The position numbers and the translations under genes are program-made. From Nitrospirota bacterium (GTDB lineage Bacteria; Nitrospirota; Thermodesulfovibrionia; Thermodesulfovibrionales; JdFR-86): a stretch of DNA of 64,000 bases. How positions within the stretch are numbered: position 1 is the stretch's first letter; each line of letters opens with the position of its first letter. The stretch spans positions 1,408,001-1,472,000 of the forward strand of contig CAVRJY010000001.1 in the NCBI GenBank assembly GCA_963721805.1. Direction: 5' to 3'. This document shows positions 42,997-51,968 of this stretch, piece by piece. Under the pieces are notes generated by a model. It had not been told where the DNA came from and did no database searches. It saw only the letters and a program-made list of their open reading frames with translations.

Positions 42997-43088
42997 GCGG
43001 GGTTAGACGCGGCACAGCCGCTGGACCCCGCACCCCAAGGTCAACGGCTTTAATTGGATAGCCATGGTGTAGAGAGTTATACTAAGCC

Positions 43089-43885
43089 ATGATCCACTGG
43101 ATACGAGACCACAGGCGCGCGGAACTAAGAAAGCGGCCGTTCCCGGCTGAATGGGAGGCGATAGTGCGCCGAAACGTGGCGCACTACTGCGTGCTGGACG
43201 ACGCGGAGCGCGCCGAACTTCAGGCGATGATGCAGGTATTCATCGAGGAGAAGCACTGGGAGGGCTGTGGCGGCCTTGAACTCACCGAGGAGATGAGGTG
43301 ATCATCGCGGCGCAGGCCTGCCTGTTGCAGCTCGGGCTAGCGCATGACTATTACCGCAATGTGCAGTCGATCCTTGTCTATCCCTCGACCGTGGTGCCGC
43401 CGGAGTATCACCCCGGGGTGTTCGAGCGGGTGGACGGCCCGGTGGCCTCTCCGGTTCCCTTATTAGGTCAGGCATTCAGCCAGGGGCCGGTGATACTGGT
43501 CTGGGACGCGGTCTTGCGCGGTGCGCGCCACCCGGAACAGGGGCATAATCTTGTCTATCATGAGTTCAGCCACAAGCTCGACATGCTGGACGGTGCCGCT
43601 GACGGCACGCCGCCGATAGCGGACAAGGCCCAGTTCGCGGAGTGGGTGGTGGTGTGCTCCAGAGAGTTCCTGCGGCTTAGGGGCCTTGCCGCCAAGGGAC
43701 ATAAGACGTTCCTCGACTCATACGGCGCTACAAACGAGGCCGAGTTCTTCGCGGTCGCGACTGAGGAGTTCTTCGACAGGCCGCTTGCACTTAAAGAACA
43801 TGCCCCGGCGCTATACCATGTCCTGAGCGCCTACTACCGCCAAGACCCGGCGGGACGCGTCAACCGCACCTGTCCCATTAAGTAG
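43089..43885 (+). pseudogene. MtfA/YeeI (peptidase M90) zinc-dependent peptidase, frameshifted at about 43298
   Basis: IAAQACLL, NLVYHEFSHKLD (HExxH), YGATNEAEFFAVATEEFF; one missing G splits it into 70 aa + 195 aa (real or a sequencing error). Confidence 0.82.
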
Positions 43886-44031
43886 TTGGTGATGTTAATA
43901 CGCTAACTCAAAAAATCTTCAACATTTTTTTCGAGCCAAGACATGCAAGCTCGGAAATGTGCTAGATCATCATCAGATATATTCTTAGCGTGTGCGTCAA
44001 TCCTATGTTTATTTATAACCTTCATCTTTAA

Positions 44032-44627
44032 CGAAAACCATGCCAGTATGCCCCGTGGCTTGCCACGGGGATGAATGGCATCCCTGCCGGGGGGATGTAA
44101 GGGGGGCTGGAAGTCCCCCTTTCCCGCCGAGGCAATTGCGGGCTATCATGAGGCATGGGGTTACGCAGGACGAGTCACGCTGTATATGACACCGGGTACC
44201 ATCTGGTATGGTGTCCTAAGTATCGCAAGAGACTGTTCGCGCAAAGTTACATGCGCGAGCGGTGCGCGGAACTTTTCAGGGAGATAGCTGAAGAGTATGA
44301 ATATGAGATAGTGGAGATGGAAGTGGCGGAGGACCATGTGCATATATTTCTATCGTTCCCGCCACGGTACTCGATAGGGGTGGTGGTCAGAACCCTGAAA
44401 AGTATCAGCGCCCGTGAGCTGTTCAAGCAATACCCATCGCTGAGGCAAAGACTATGGAAGGGTGAGCTGTGGGAGGATGGGTACTTTGCGCGGACAGTCG
44501 GGGACAGCTTGACCTCGGAAATGATCCGCAAATACATACGCGGCCACAGAGCAGAGAAGCAATTGCCTGCGCAGCTGGACTTATAGCTGCGCCACGGATG
44601 CCCCGTGGCTTGCCACGGGGAGCTTCA
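44032..44627 (+). mobile_element. IS200/IS605 family element (tnpA only), 596 bp
   Basis: Identical 24-bp subterminal hairpin sequences ATGCCCCGTGGCTTGCCACGGGGA at 44048-44071 and 44598-44621; right end ...TTCA(C); no target duplication; ends defined (+/-1 nt) by host-frame restoration. Confidence 0.92.
44155..44586 (+). CDS. tnpA: IS200/IS605 Y1 HUH transposase
   Basis: YHLVWCPKYR, DHVH (HUH), LW..GYFARTVG, KYI catalytic Tyr. Confidence 0.96.
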   Translation: MGLRRTSHAVYDTGYHLVWCPKYRKRLFAQSYMRERCAELFREIAEEYEYEIVEMEVAEDHVHIFLSFPPRYSIGVVVRTLKSISARELFKQYPSLRQRLWKGELWEDGYFARTVGDSLTSEMIRKYIRGHRAEKQLPAQLDL

Positions 44628-46651
44628 CTCAAAATCGCTAAGATCTTTGCCGAATATGTTTTTGAAGGTCGGCCATTCTTTTGAAATAATATTTGTCAAA
44701 TCTCGAAAGTAAATTTCACAAATATTGGGGTCGAATAAATCCTTATAAGAAATTGCTTGATATTTCTTTGATCTAGGTTCGGCATATATTTTTAAGACAT
44801 TTGCTTTTGCTTTATTTTGACCTAATTGTGCTAAGAGTTGTGATTTGATTATTTTCCTGATTTTGGGTTCAATAAGATTTCTTCTCTCGGAAATCTCACT
44901 AATTTTTTCTTCTTTTGTTAGTTTCATTTTTTTAAATTTATTTTTCTTAAGGAGGTATTTGTTAATTGCATCAATTCTAAAATCATATTGTCCGCGCTGA
45001 TTCTTCTCAATAATGCCATATCCTATTAAGTGATTAGTATATTCAGGTGAATTTTCAGCTAAGGTATGGAAGAAATCAATGTCGCCCAGAGCTAGTTGTT
45101 TTAACATTTCGTATTCGTCAGGATAATTCCTTTCTAACACGTCTAAAACCATTTCAAAGTAGTCAGAGTGTCTATCCTCGAATTCTTGTTTGCAATTGTT
45201 GTATAAAATTCTGTCAATATTAGTTGGGCGATCTCCATTACTATTCAGATGGATATAACTGCATAGTTGTCTAATTAAGAATGGATGTCCGCCATAGTCC
45301 TCTGTTAATTTTGCAAATAATACATCATCAAATCTCAAGCCCATAAAGTTACCAAGTTTGGAAACCATATCTTGAGTTTGAGATACACCGAATCTTTCAA
45401 TATAATAAAATGGAACTGAGTTATAGATTGGGTTGTCTTTTCCATTAATACTTGATTTTTCGACACACATAGGATTGGTTCCTACTATGCAATATGAAAA
45501 GATATTATCCAGCGCTTGAAAAGATGATCGAATAGACTGCCAGAAGAAAATAAAGTCGTTGTCGTGAGCCCAATGAGTTGATGCTGAAATGTTGAAGGTT
45601 ATATTCTCAATCTCATCGAAAAAAATCAGTATTTGTTTATCGCCAAGTTTTCTATGTAACTTCTGAATATCTTCTCTAAAGAGTATCGCAGCGTTTTTTT
45701 CTGTATATTCATTTTCTGGTCTTATTTCGGTTGACAGATGAAAAGTATCTTTCAATTTGTTAACAATAAAATGCAACGCTTCATTCCATCGTCTCCTATT
45801 AAAAGACGTGTCCTGACAATCAATAACAATTGAAACATCTTCATCTCTAGCAAGCGCTCGCTGGACGCCATAAATTACAGATGTTTTACCTGATTTTCTT
45901 AAGCCAAATAATCCAGAGTTTTCATTGGAGTGATGTCGACTAATTATGTCATGCACAATATCTCTTCTGCCAAAGAAATATAAATCCTTTTTTAGGGCTG
46001 ATTGGAAGGAAAATAGATCGCGCGAAAAAAAATGTTTCTTAAATCTATTAATTAGAAAGAACGAGTCGTCATTGCTTTGAAGCTCATCATAAGAAAAAGG
46101 CACAACAATCTGGAGTTCTTTGTCTTGCATCAATAGGTCAGAGATTTTTGATCCTATATTGTTGTCCTTGCTAATGAAAACACTACAGATTCTTTCAATG
46201 CGCAAAGTCTGATGCATCTTTACTACTTCATCAATTGAATCTAATGCCCTTGGCTCAAAATCAGGATATGCGCTAAAAATAACAATGATTTCCCTTTCGA
46301 TATTAAACATTTCGCTATAATGTTGAGTCGCCTTCATTAGTAGGTAGTTATAGCTGCTTTTTATTTTGTTTCCCATCGTAACTGTACCACTTCTTGTAAC
46401 ATACCATTCTTTAGAAAGCTTACCTATCACTTGTTGCTCCTCTGAAGTAAATCCATACAATTTAACTTGAGGATGACGTCCCGGTACGACGACTCTATTC
46501 ACTTAAAGCCTCCCTATACAAATATTAAATAACAGTATAATACATAGATAATCAATTAAATTCAATATGTATATAATGTCTGAAATAATGCTATTGTTGA
46601 GCAACAAACGGTTTAGTTTCGCTATTCTCCCCATACCACACAACCCCGGAA

Positions 46652-47851
46652 TGTAAAGGTTACGCTCTTACCGGACAGTATCAGGCTGGAAAAAGCAGGC
46701 GGCAGCCAGCCCTTCCATCGGTTAGAATGTTTCACCACAAAACACAGACCGAAGGAGGAAGGGCATGACTGCCAAAGAAAAGATATCACAAGGGAGGCTT
46801 TCAATGCTTCAGCTGGCCGAGAGGCTCAGGAACGTGTCGGAGGCCTGTCGCCGCCGGGGGGTGAGCCGCAGCCAGTTTTACGAGTACAAGCGGGCGTTTC
46901 AGGAGCAGGGGTTTGCGGGGCTCGCGGACCTTCCGCCGATAGCGCGTAGCTGTCCCCACAAGACGCCTGAGGAGGCCCGCAAGCGAGTGATCGAGATGAG
47001 CCTTGCTCACCCCCGGTGGGGGAAGCAGCGCATCTTCGAGCACCTGCTTCTGGAGGGCATATTGGTGCGTCCCTCAACTGTGTATCGCATCCAGGTTCGC
47101 GAGGGGCTGGAGTCGAAGGCCAAGCGCATCCTCCGGCTTGAGCAGGAGGCTAACGGCAAGGAGATCGAGCTAACGGAGGAGCAGGTCAAGCTCATCGAGC
47201 GGGCCAATCCGTGCTTCAGGGAAAGGCATGTGGAGAGCGCATATCCGGGCTATCTGCTCAGCCAGGACACCTTCACGGTGGGCAAGCTCAAGGGCATCGG
47301 GACCGTGTATCTGCAGGCCGTGGTGGACACGTACGGCTCTTATGCCTTCGGCAAGCTGTACACGTCGAAGAGGCCCGAGACGGCGGCCGACGTGCTCTAC
47401 GACCGCGTGCTGCCGTTTTACGAGGACCATGGCATCAGGGTCCAGCATGTCCTGACGGACAACGGCTCGGAGTACTGCGGCAAGCTGCTGCGGCATCCGT
47501 ACGAGCTGTTTCTGGCGCTTCACGACATCGCGCATCGAAGGACGAAGGTGGCGACACCGAGGACAAACGGATTCGTGGAGCGGTTTAATCGCACCATCCT
47601 GGACGAGTTCTTCTCGGAGACGTTCAGGTACCGGTTCTACGCATCGCTCGATGAGCTGCAGTATGACCTCGACCGGTGGCTGCACCACTACAACAACGAG
47701 CGCCCTCACAAGGGCTATCGCAACATGGGCAGACGGCCAATAGAAACTATCGAGCTGGGCAAAAAGCTAAGACAGAAAGCTGAGGAGGAGGCCGCCTGAT
47801 CAGTGCGACCGATGAGATGGAAAACTGTCCGGAGAGCACTGGACTTTTACA
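46652..47851 (+). mobile_element. IS481 family insertion sequence, 1200 bp
   Basis: TGT...ACA ends, imperfect IRs TGTAAA...CCGGACAGT, 8-bp direct repeat CCCCGGAA at 46644-46651 and 47852-47859. Confidence 0.93.
46765..47799 (+). CDS. IS481 family DDE transposase
   Basis: N-terminal HTH (NVSEACR), QDTF, TDNGSEY, TNGFVERFNRT, YNNERPH; ORF intact. Confidence 0.95.
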   Translation: MTAKEKISQGRLSMLQLAERLRNVSEACRRRGVSRSQFYEYKRAFQEQGFAGLADLPPIARSCPHKTPEEARKRVIEMSLAHPRWGKQRIFEHLLLEGILVRPSTVYRIQVREGLESKAKRILRLEQEANGKEIELTEEQVKLIERANPCFRERHVESAYPGYLLSQDTFTVGKLKGIGTVYLQAVVDTYGSYAFGKLYTSKRPETAADVLYDRVLPFYEDHGIRVQHVLTDNGSEYCGKLLRHPYELFLALHDIAHRRTKVATPRTNGFVERFNRTILDEFFSETFRYRFYASLDELQYDLDRWLHHYNNERPHKGYRNMGRRPIETIELGKKLRQKAEEEAA

Positions 47852-47855
47852 CCCC

Positions 47856-47909
47856 GGAACCAGTCAATAGGAACTGGTTCCATGGAACCAGTTCCTAGGA
47901 ACCAGTTCC
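47856..47909. repeat. Four GGAACYRGTTCC-like units at 14-bp spacing, including a perfect 30-bp palindrome
   Basis: Units start at 47856, 47870, 47884 and 47898; TAGGAACTGGTTCCATGGAACCAGTTCCTA at 47868-47897. Confidence 0.85.
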
Positions 47910-47946
47910 CATGGACGCGTTCCGCCCTGCCGTTCTATCATCGCGC

Positions 47947-48378
47947 ATGAAAAAGACAGATGCAGTAAAGAGAGACATGGCAAGGGCGATGGTTGAGGCG
48001 GGACTGACGTACCGCGAGGTAGCGGACAAGCTCGATATAAGCATCGGGACGGTGCACAGCATCGTCGTCGAATAAGGCGGACGACCCTACACCGCTCGCG
48101 CGGGACATCCGCAGCAGGTTCAGTGCGCGGTGCATGATGATGGCGGACGAGATGCTTGGAGGATATCGGAGGCTCAGATATCGCAGCGTCACCGCTAGCA
48201 GCAGGTGATCATCTCGATGGCGATACTGCTGGACAAGGCCGCCGTGCTCGAGAAGGAACAGGCACCCGAGAAAGGCCGCAGCGGCAAACATCCGAACTCC
48301 AAACACGGAGGAGCAGAAATAAATGATGATTTCCAGAGGGTTGAGTCTGCGTCCTTCCCGTTCATCCGAACGCACTAA
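47947..48378 (+). pseudogene. Degenerate HTH protein gene (mobile-element remnant)
   Basis: MKKTDAVKRDMARAMVEAGLTYREVADKLDISIGTVHSIVVE* (47947-48075) has an HTH pattern; coding-like sequence continues in shifted frames with stops. Confidence 0.5.
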
Positions 48379-48457
48379 AAAAATACGCGCGGCGGTATGC
48401 GGTAGGTATGTTCTAACTATGCCGTTGACCGCTCGCACGATTATGCAGGGGAAGGTT

Positions 48458-48579
48458 AAAGCGCGAGAAATCGACTTCAGACTAGGAACGGCGAGAAGAC
48501 CGACCGCAGGTGTACTGTGATGTACTCCGAGGGCGAGGCTTCGAGCCGTGACGACGTATCAAGCGATTTGGCGCGCTTT
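48458..48579. repeat. ~122-bp palindromic element (MITE/ERIC-like), copy 2, inverted
   Basis: Reverse complement aligns end to end with 42874-42996. Confidence 0.85.
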
Positions 48580-48595
48580 GCGCTAATCGAACAGG

Positions 48596-48853
48596 CTAGT
48601 CAAGTATCGCCGCCTTCTTCTCAATCCCTCTCGCCAGCTCTTCCTGGCCTTTGCAAAGCTGATGCACATCATCCGCCATGCTGAAGAGCGTGAGTACGAG
48701 GGCCTGTATGGTCGTCACATTTGCCGGGGCGACAGAGCATACGTCCCTGACCTTGCCCTCGATCAGGGTCGCGAGGTCGCGCAGGTGTTCCTCGGAGGCC
48801 TCGGCCTTGACCGTATATTTCTGCCCGAGTATGTAGACTTCGGCTGATGCCAT
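48596..48853 (-). CDS. zapA: Cell division protein ZapA
   Basis: EVYILGQKYTVK...HLRDLA..IE.K pattern; downstream of a coiled-coil gene. Confidence 0.75.
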   Translation of the reverse strand: MASAEVYILGQKYTVKAEASEEHLRDLATLIEGKVRDVCSVAPANVTTIQALVLTLFSMADDVHQLCKGQEELARGIEKKAAILD

Positions 48854-48863
48854 ACCGCCCGCC

Positions 48864-49172
48864 TCAGTTGGATTCGATGGATTCAAGCTCGCCCAGCAGG
48901 TCTTCGATCTGGTCCTTGATGCTGAGTTTCTCGGACGAGAGGGCGCGGATCTCCTCGTCCTTCTCGGCGAGGCGGGACTCCATCTCGCGGAGCTTGAGTT
49001 CGAGCGCGGCCGTCTTTGATTCGAGAGCGGCCTTTTCTTCCTTGAGCTGCTTGACCTTATTTATGGCTGCGGTTATCTTGCTGTCGAGTTCTTTCAGGCG
49101 TTCCACGGGGGCGGTATCCTCCTTTTTTGGGCGCATCGGCGCCGCGTCTGATTCACCGAACAGGGAGTTCAT
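48864..49172 (-). CDS. zapB: Coiled-coil protein, ZapB-like
   Basis: Heptad-rich 102-aa C-terminal part of ORF 48864-49523, ending IEDLLGELE; upstream of zapA. Confidence 0.65.
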   Translation of the reverse strand: MNSLFGESDAAPMRPKKEDTAPVERLKELDSKITAAINKVKQLKEEKAALESKTAALELKLREMESRLAEKDEEIRALSSEKLSIKDQIEDLLGELESIESN

Positions 49173-49222
49173 GACGTAATAGGATACCACATCGCGGGGC
49201 GCAATTTCATAGCCGCGGGGCC

Positions 49223-49735
49223 CTACAGGAGGCGCTCGATTTTGCCCATCATCTCGGGGCCGGTCCAGTCCTGCCCGCTGAAGAAGACCTCGATTATATC
49301 GCCTCGCTTGTCTATCAGAAACGTGGTCGGGGTGGAGAAGACATGGTACTTGTGCGAGACGGTCAGACCGTCGTCCTGCAGCACGATGAAGCCGAGCGGG
49401 TGGTCTTCGAGGAAGCCCTTGAGCCTGCGCGTGGAACTGTCGGCCGAGACCGCGATTATCCTGAGCCCGCGCGGCGAGAGCTTGTTGTACAGGGCGTTTA
49501 ACTTCGGCATGTCGTCCACGCAATTCGGGCAGAAAGTGGCCCAGAAATTAAGGAGCACGACCTTGCCCCTGAAAGACGAGAGCGAGAGCGTACCTCCGTC
49601 GAGCGTGTCGAGCGTGAACTCCGGGGCCGGTCCCACGCCGCCAGGCGCATCGTCCTCCGCGAGCGCCGGGCAGGCCAGCGCCAGCACGCAGAGTGCAACA
49701 ATAAGCATTCGGGTCGCCATATGCGTCAGTGCCAT
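49223..49735 (-). CDS. TlpA/ResA-like thiol-disulfide oxidoreductase
   Basis: Signal peptide, LNFWATFCPNC, PTTFLIDKRG. Confidence 0.9.
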   Translation of the reverse strand: MALTHMATRMLIVALCVLALACPALAEDDAPGGVGPAPEFTLDTLDGGTLSLSSFRGKVVLLNFWATFCPNCVDDMPKLNALYNKLSPRGLRIIAVSADSSTRRLKGFLEDHPLGFIVLQDDGLTVSHKYHVFSTPTTFLIDKRGDIIEVFFSGQDWTGPEMMGKIERLL

Positions 49736-49828
49736 CGAATCCCCCCCATCAGAACGAAATGAACGGCTATTAATTAACTTATCGAAGCTGGGGGGTGGGA
49801 AGTCAAGTTGGGCGCTAAAGCTCTAACT

Positions 49829-51748
49829 TTAAAGTGAGCCGAGGGTCCCGATGTACTGCGGGTAAATCCTGTAGTGGTAGTATGACGATAGGATGCGCTT
49901 GACGTAATCGCGCGTCTCCTGATAGGGGATGTCCTCGATGAACTCGTCGGGGTCGCGCAGGCGCTTTGCGTGGTCCATCCACGAGTGGACCTTGTCGGCC
50001 CCGGCGTTGTAAGCGGCCAGGGCGCGCGGCACCGAGTTGAACTCCCTGATCAGCGTGGCGAGATAGTGCACGCCCATGCGGATGTTGTTGTCGGCGTCCA
50101 TGATCGAGACCCGGTCCGAGACGCCCTTGATGTTCAGGCTCGATGCCATGCGGTGCGCGGTCTGGGGCATGAGCTGCATGAGCCCTATCGCACCGGCAGG
50201 GGAGTACGCCTCGGGGTCATACCTGCTCTCCTCGCGGATCACCGAGAGGACGAGGAACGGGTCGATGCCGTTATGCAGGGCCGCGTCCGAGATCACCGGC
50301 CAGTAGGCCATGGGATAGAGTATGTCGTCAGGGCGCGGCTCGTCCTTGATCCTGTATATCGCGGCGAGCGCGTCGTGGTAGCGGCCGAGGTCCTTAAGCC
50401 GGTAGGCGGCCTCGGTTACCCGGCGGTCGTCGTGCGCGGTCTCGGCCCTGGCGAGCAGCTCGCGCCCGGCCTCCTCGCCGAGCCCGACCGCCACGAGCGC
50501 GTCTATGCGCTCGTCAGGGGTGATGCAGGGCGCGGCCGACTGTACGGGAGGTGGCGGGGCCGGGGCCTTTTTGTATACGTGAGCCATGAGGCCGTAGAAG
50601 CCGTTATCGTCGATCTTTGCATATATATGTCCCGCGCCCTTGCCAGCGCGCTCAGTGGCGCGGCCCTCCCAGTAGAGGTACCGCGGGGATTTGTACGTGT
50701 CGTAGAGCGAGGAGAAGACGCTGGCGGCGCTGTTGTAATTGCCCACGGCATACAGCGTCCAGCCCATGCGCCATACCGCCTCCTCGCGCAGGGACGCAGA
50801 GACGTCCGAGACCTTCACGAATATGCCGAGCGCCTCGGCCGCATGGCCCTCGCGGCGCTTCTCCTCGCCCATCGCGATCAGGAGCTCGCCGGCCTTGGGC
50901 TCGCGCGCCGCGACGAGCGCCTGCATCACGGCCTCGAACTTCGCGATCTTCCCGGCCCTCAGGTAAGAGCGCGCGGCGAGGTAGCCCTGCCCCACCCCCT
51001 CGCAGACCGGCCCGGCCTCGGCGTACCGCTTCTGCCTGAAGAGGCAGTATGCGAGCTTCTCGGTCGCGGCGTTACTGATCGCCGGGGGCAGAGACATCTG
51101 CATAGCCTTCTTGATAGTCGCCTCGGCCTCGGCGTACTCCATCGCGTCTATCAGGTTAGCCGAGCGGGTGAGCAGATCATCCGCGCTGAGGGCCGAGGTG
51201 TCGATCTCCAGCGCGGCGGCCTTCGCATTGCGGCCCGCGCGGATGTAGATATCCTTGAACAATTTTCGCGCGCGGCCGGTATCCCCCGAGCGCTTGAGCA
51301 CCGTAGCAAGCAGGAACTCAGCATCGGCGTCGGCCGGGTGCTGCGCAGTGTACTTATCAAGTTCGGCGAGCAGGCGGGCGTCTTGGCCCGAGTCCTTCAG
51401 CACCTGTATGAGCAGGGCCTCGCGCCTGGCAGGGGAATCCGGGTATGCGCGGGCCATTTCATTGAGCGCGTCCTCTGCCATGCCATAGGACTTGAGCCCG
51501 TCGAGCGCCTTGGCGCGGAAGTAGAGCGCGAAGTCTCCGAGCACGGGCAGCGAGGATCGGGCGGAGGTAAACTTCTCGGCAGCCGAGGCATAGTCGCCGG
51601 AGCGGTAGCGTTGCAACGCATCCCTGAAGACCCTTATGCCGTCTTCGTTTGCGGCGATTGCTAATGAAGGGACGATGAGGATGACAACGAGGACTAACGC
51701 TAAGAAGGAGGGAGTATGGAGGCGGCGAGCGGACTTGAACCGCTGCAT
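49829..51748 (-). CDS. slt: Soluble lytic transglycosylase with TPR repeats
   Basis: IREESRY, GAIGLMQLMP, AAYNAG, ETRDYVK; the nearest usable start before the signal peptide is ATG 51748, inside tRNA-Cys. Confidence 0.88.
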   Translation of the reverse strand: MQRFKSARRLHTPSFLALVLVVILIVPSLAIAANEDGIRVFRDALQRYRSGDYASAAEKFTSARSSLPVLGDFALYFRAKALDGLKSYGMAEDALNEMARAYPDSPARREALLIQVLKDSGQDARLLAELDKYTAQHPADADAEFLLATVLKRSGDTGRARKLFKDIYIRAGRNAKAAALEIDTSALSADDLLTRSANLIDAMEYAEAEATIKKAMQMSLPPAISNAATEKLAYCLFRQKRYAEAGPVCEGVGQGYLAARSYLRAGKIAKFEAVMQALVAAREPKAGELLIAMGEEKRREGHAAEALGIFVKVSDVSASLREEAVWRMGWTLYAVGNYNSAASVFSSLYDTYKSPRYLYWEGRATERAGKGAGHIYAKIDDNGFYGLMAHVYKKAPAPPPPVQSAAPCITPDERIDALVAVGLGEEAGRELLARAETAHDDRRVTEAAYRLKDLGRYHDALAAIYRIKDEPRPDDILYPMAYWPVISDAALHNGIDPFLVLSVIREESRYDPEAYSPAGAIGLMQLMPQTAHRMASSLNIKGVSDRVSIMDADNNIRMGVHYLATLIREFNSVPRALAAYNAGADKVHSWMDHAKRLRDPDEFIEDIPYQETRDYVKRILSSYYHYRIYPQYIGTLGSL

Positions 51749-51792
51749 GAAGGTTTTGCAGACCTCTCCCTTAGCCACTTGGGTACGCCGCC
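51717..51792 (-). tRNA. tRNA-Cys(GCA)
   Basis: GGCGGCG acceptor stem, CTGCAAA anticodon loop, GGTTCAAGTCC T-arm, encoded CCA. Confidence 0.96.
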
Positions 51793-51807
51793 GATCAGAC
51801 TTAAATT

Positions 51808-51882
51808 TGGAGCGGGAGACGGGATTCGAACCCGCGACCCCAACCTTGGCAAGGTTGTGCTCTACCACTGAGCTACTCCCGC
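51808..51882 (-). tRNA. tRNA-Gly(GCC)
   Basis: GCGGGAG acceptor stem, TTGCCAA anticodon loop, GGTTCGAATCC, encoded CCA. Confidence 0.97.
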
Positions 51883-51968
51883 TTTCACTTCGACTGCACA
51901 GACGGAGTTTTGTCTGGGCACCGCAGCATAGTATATAATACTAAAGAAAGAAGTTTAGGTTTGTCAAC

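Larger units (their letters stand above)
43903..46502 (-). pseudogene. AT-rich STAND-type P-loop NTPase with C-terminal Swt1-like HEPN domain, interrupted by an IS200/IS605 element
   Basis: FFGR, Walker A GLRKSGKTS, Walker B ILIFFDEIE, GGHPFL motif; removing the IS joins ...DLSDFE to LKMKVINKHRIDAHAK...FLS* in frame (667 aa); GGAGG RBS. Confidence 0.82.

Noticed and set aside
44587..44627. TnpB/IscB or omegaRNA associated with the IS200 element
   Set aside because: Only about 40 bp separate the tnpA stop from the right end, and no nuclease ORF is present.
47856..47909. CRISPR array
   Set aside because: Units are 12 bp with 2-bp gaps and no spacers, and there are no cas genes in the window.
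48458..48579. 6S RNA downstream of zapA
   Set aside because: The position is typical, but the element is only ~122 bp, has a second inverted copy at 42874 and has terminal inverted repeats, so it is better explained as a dispersed repeat.
49970..51664. Long antisense or alternate-frame ORFs (e.g. 49970-51664, 29762-31084, 58584-59903, 3168-4421)
   Set aside because: They are shadows of well-supported genes in high-GC DNA and carry no recognisable motifs.
51749..51868. N-terminal 40 aa of the 679-aa ORF 49829-51868
   Set aside because: This stretch is simply translation through tRNA-Gly and tRNA-Cys and would bury the signal peptide.
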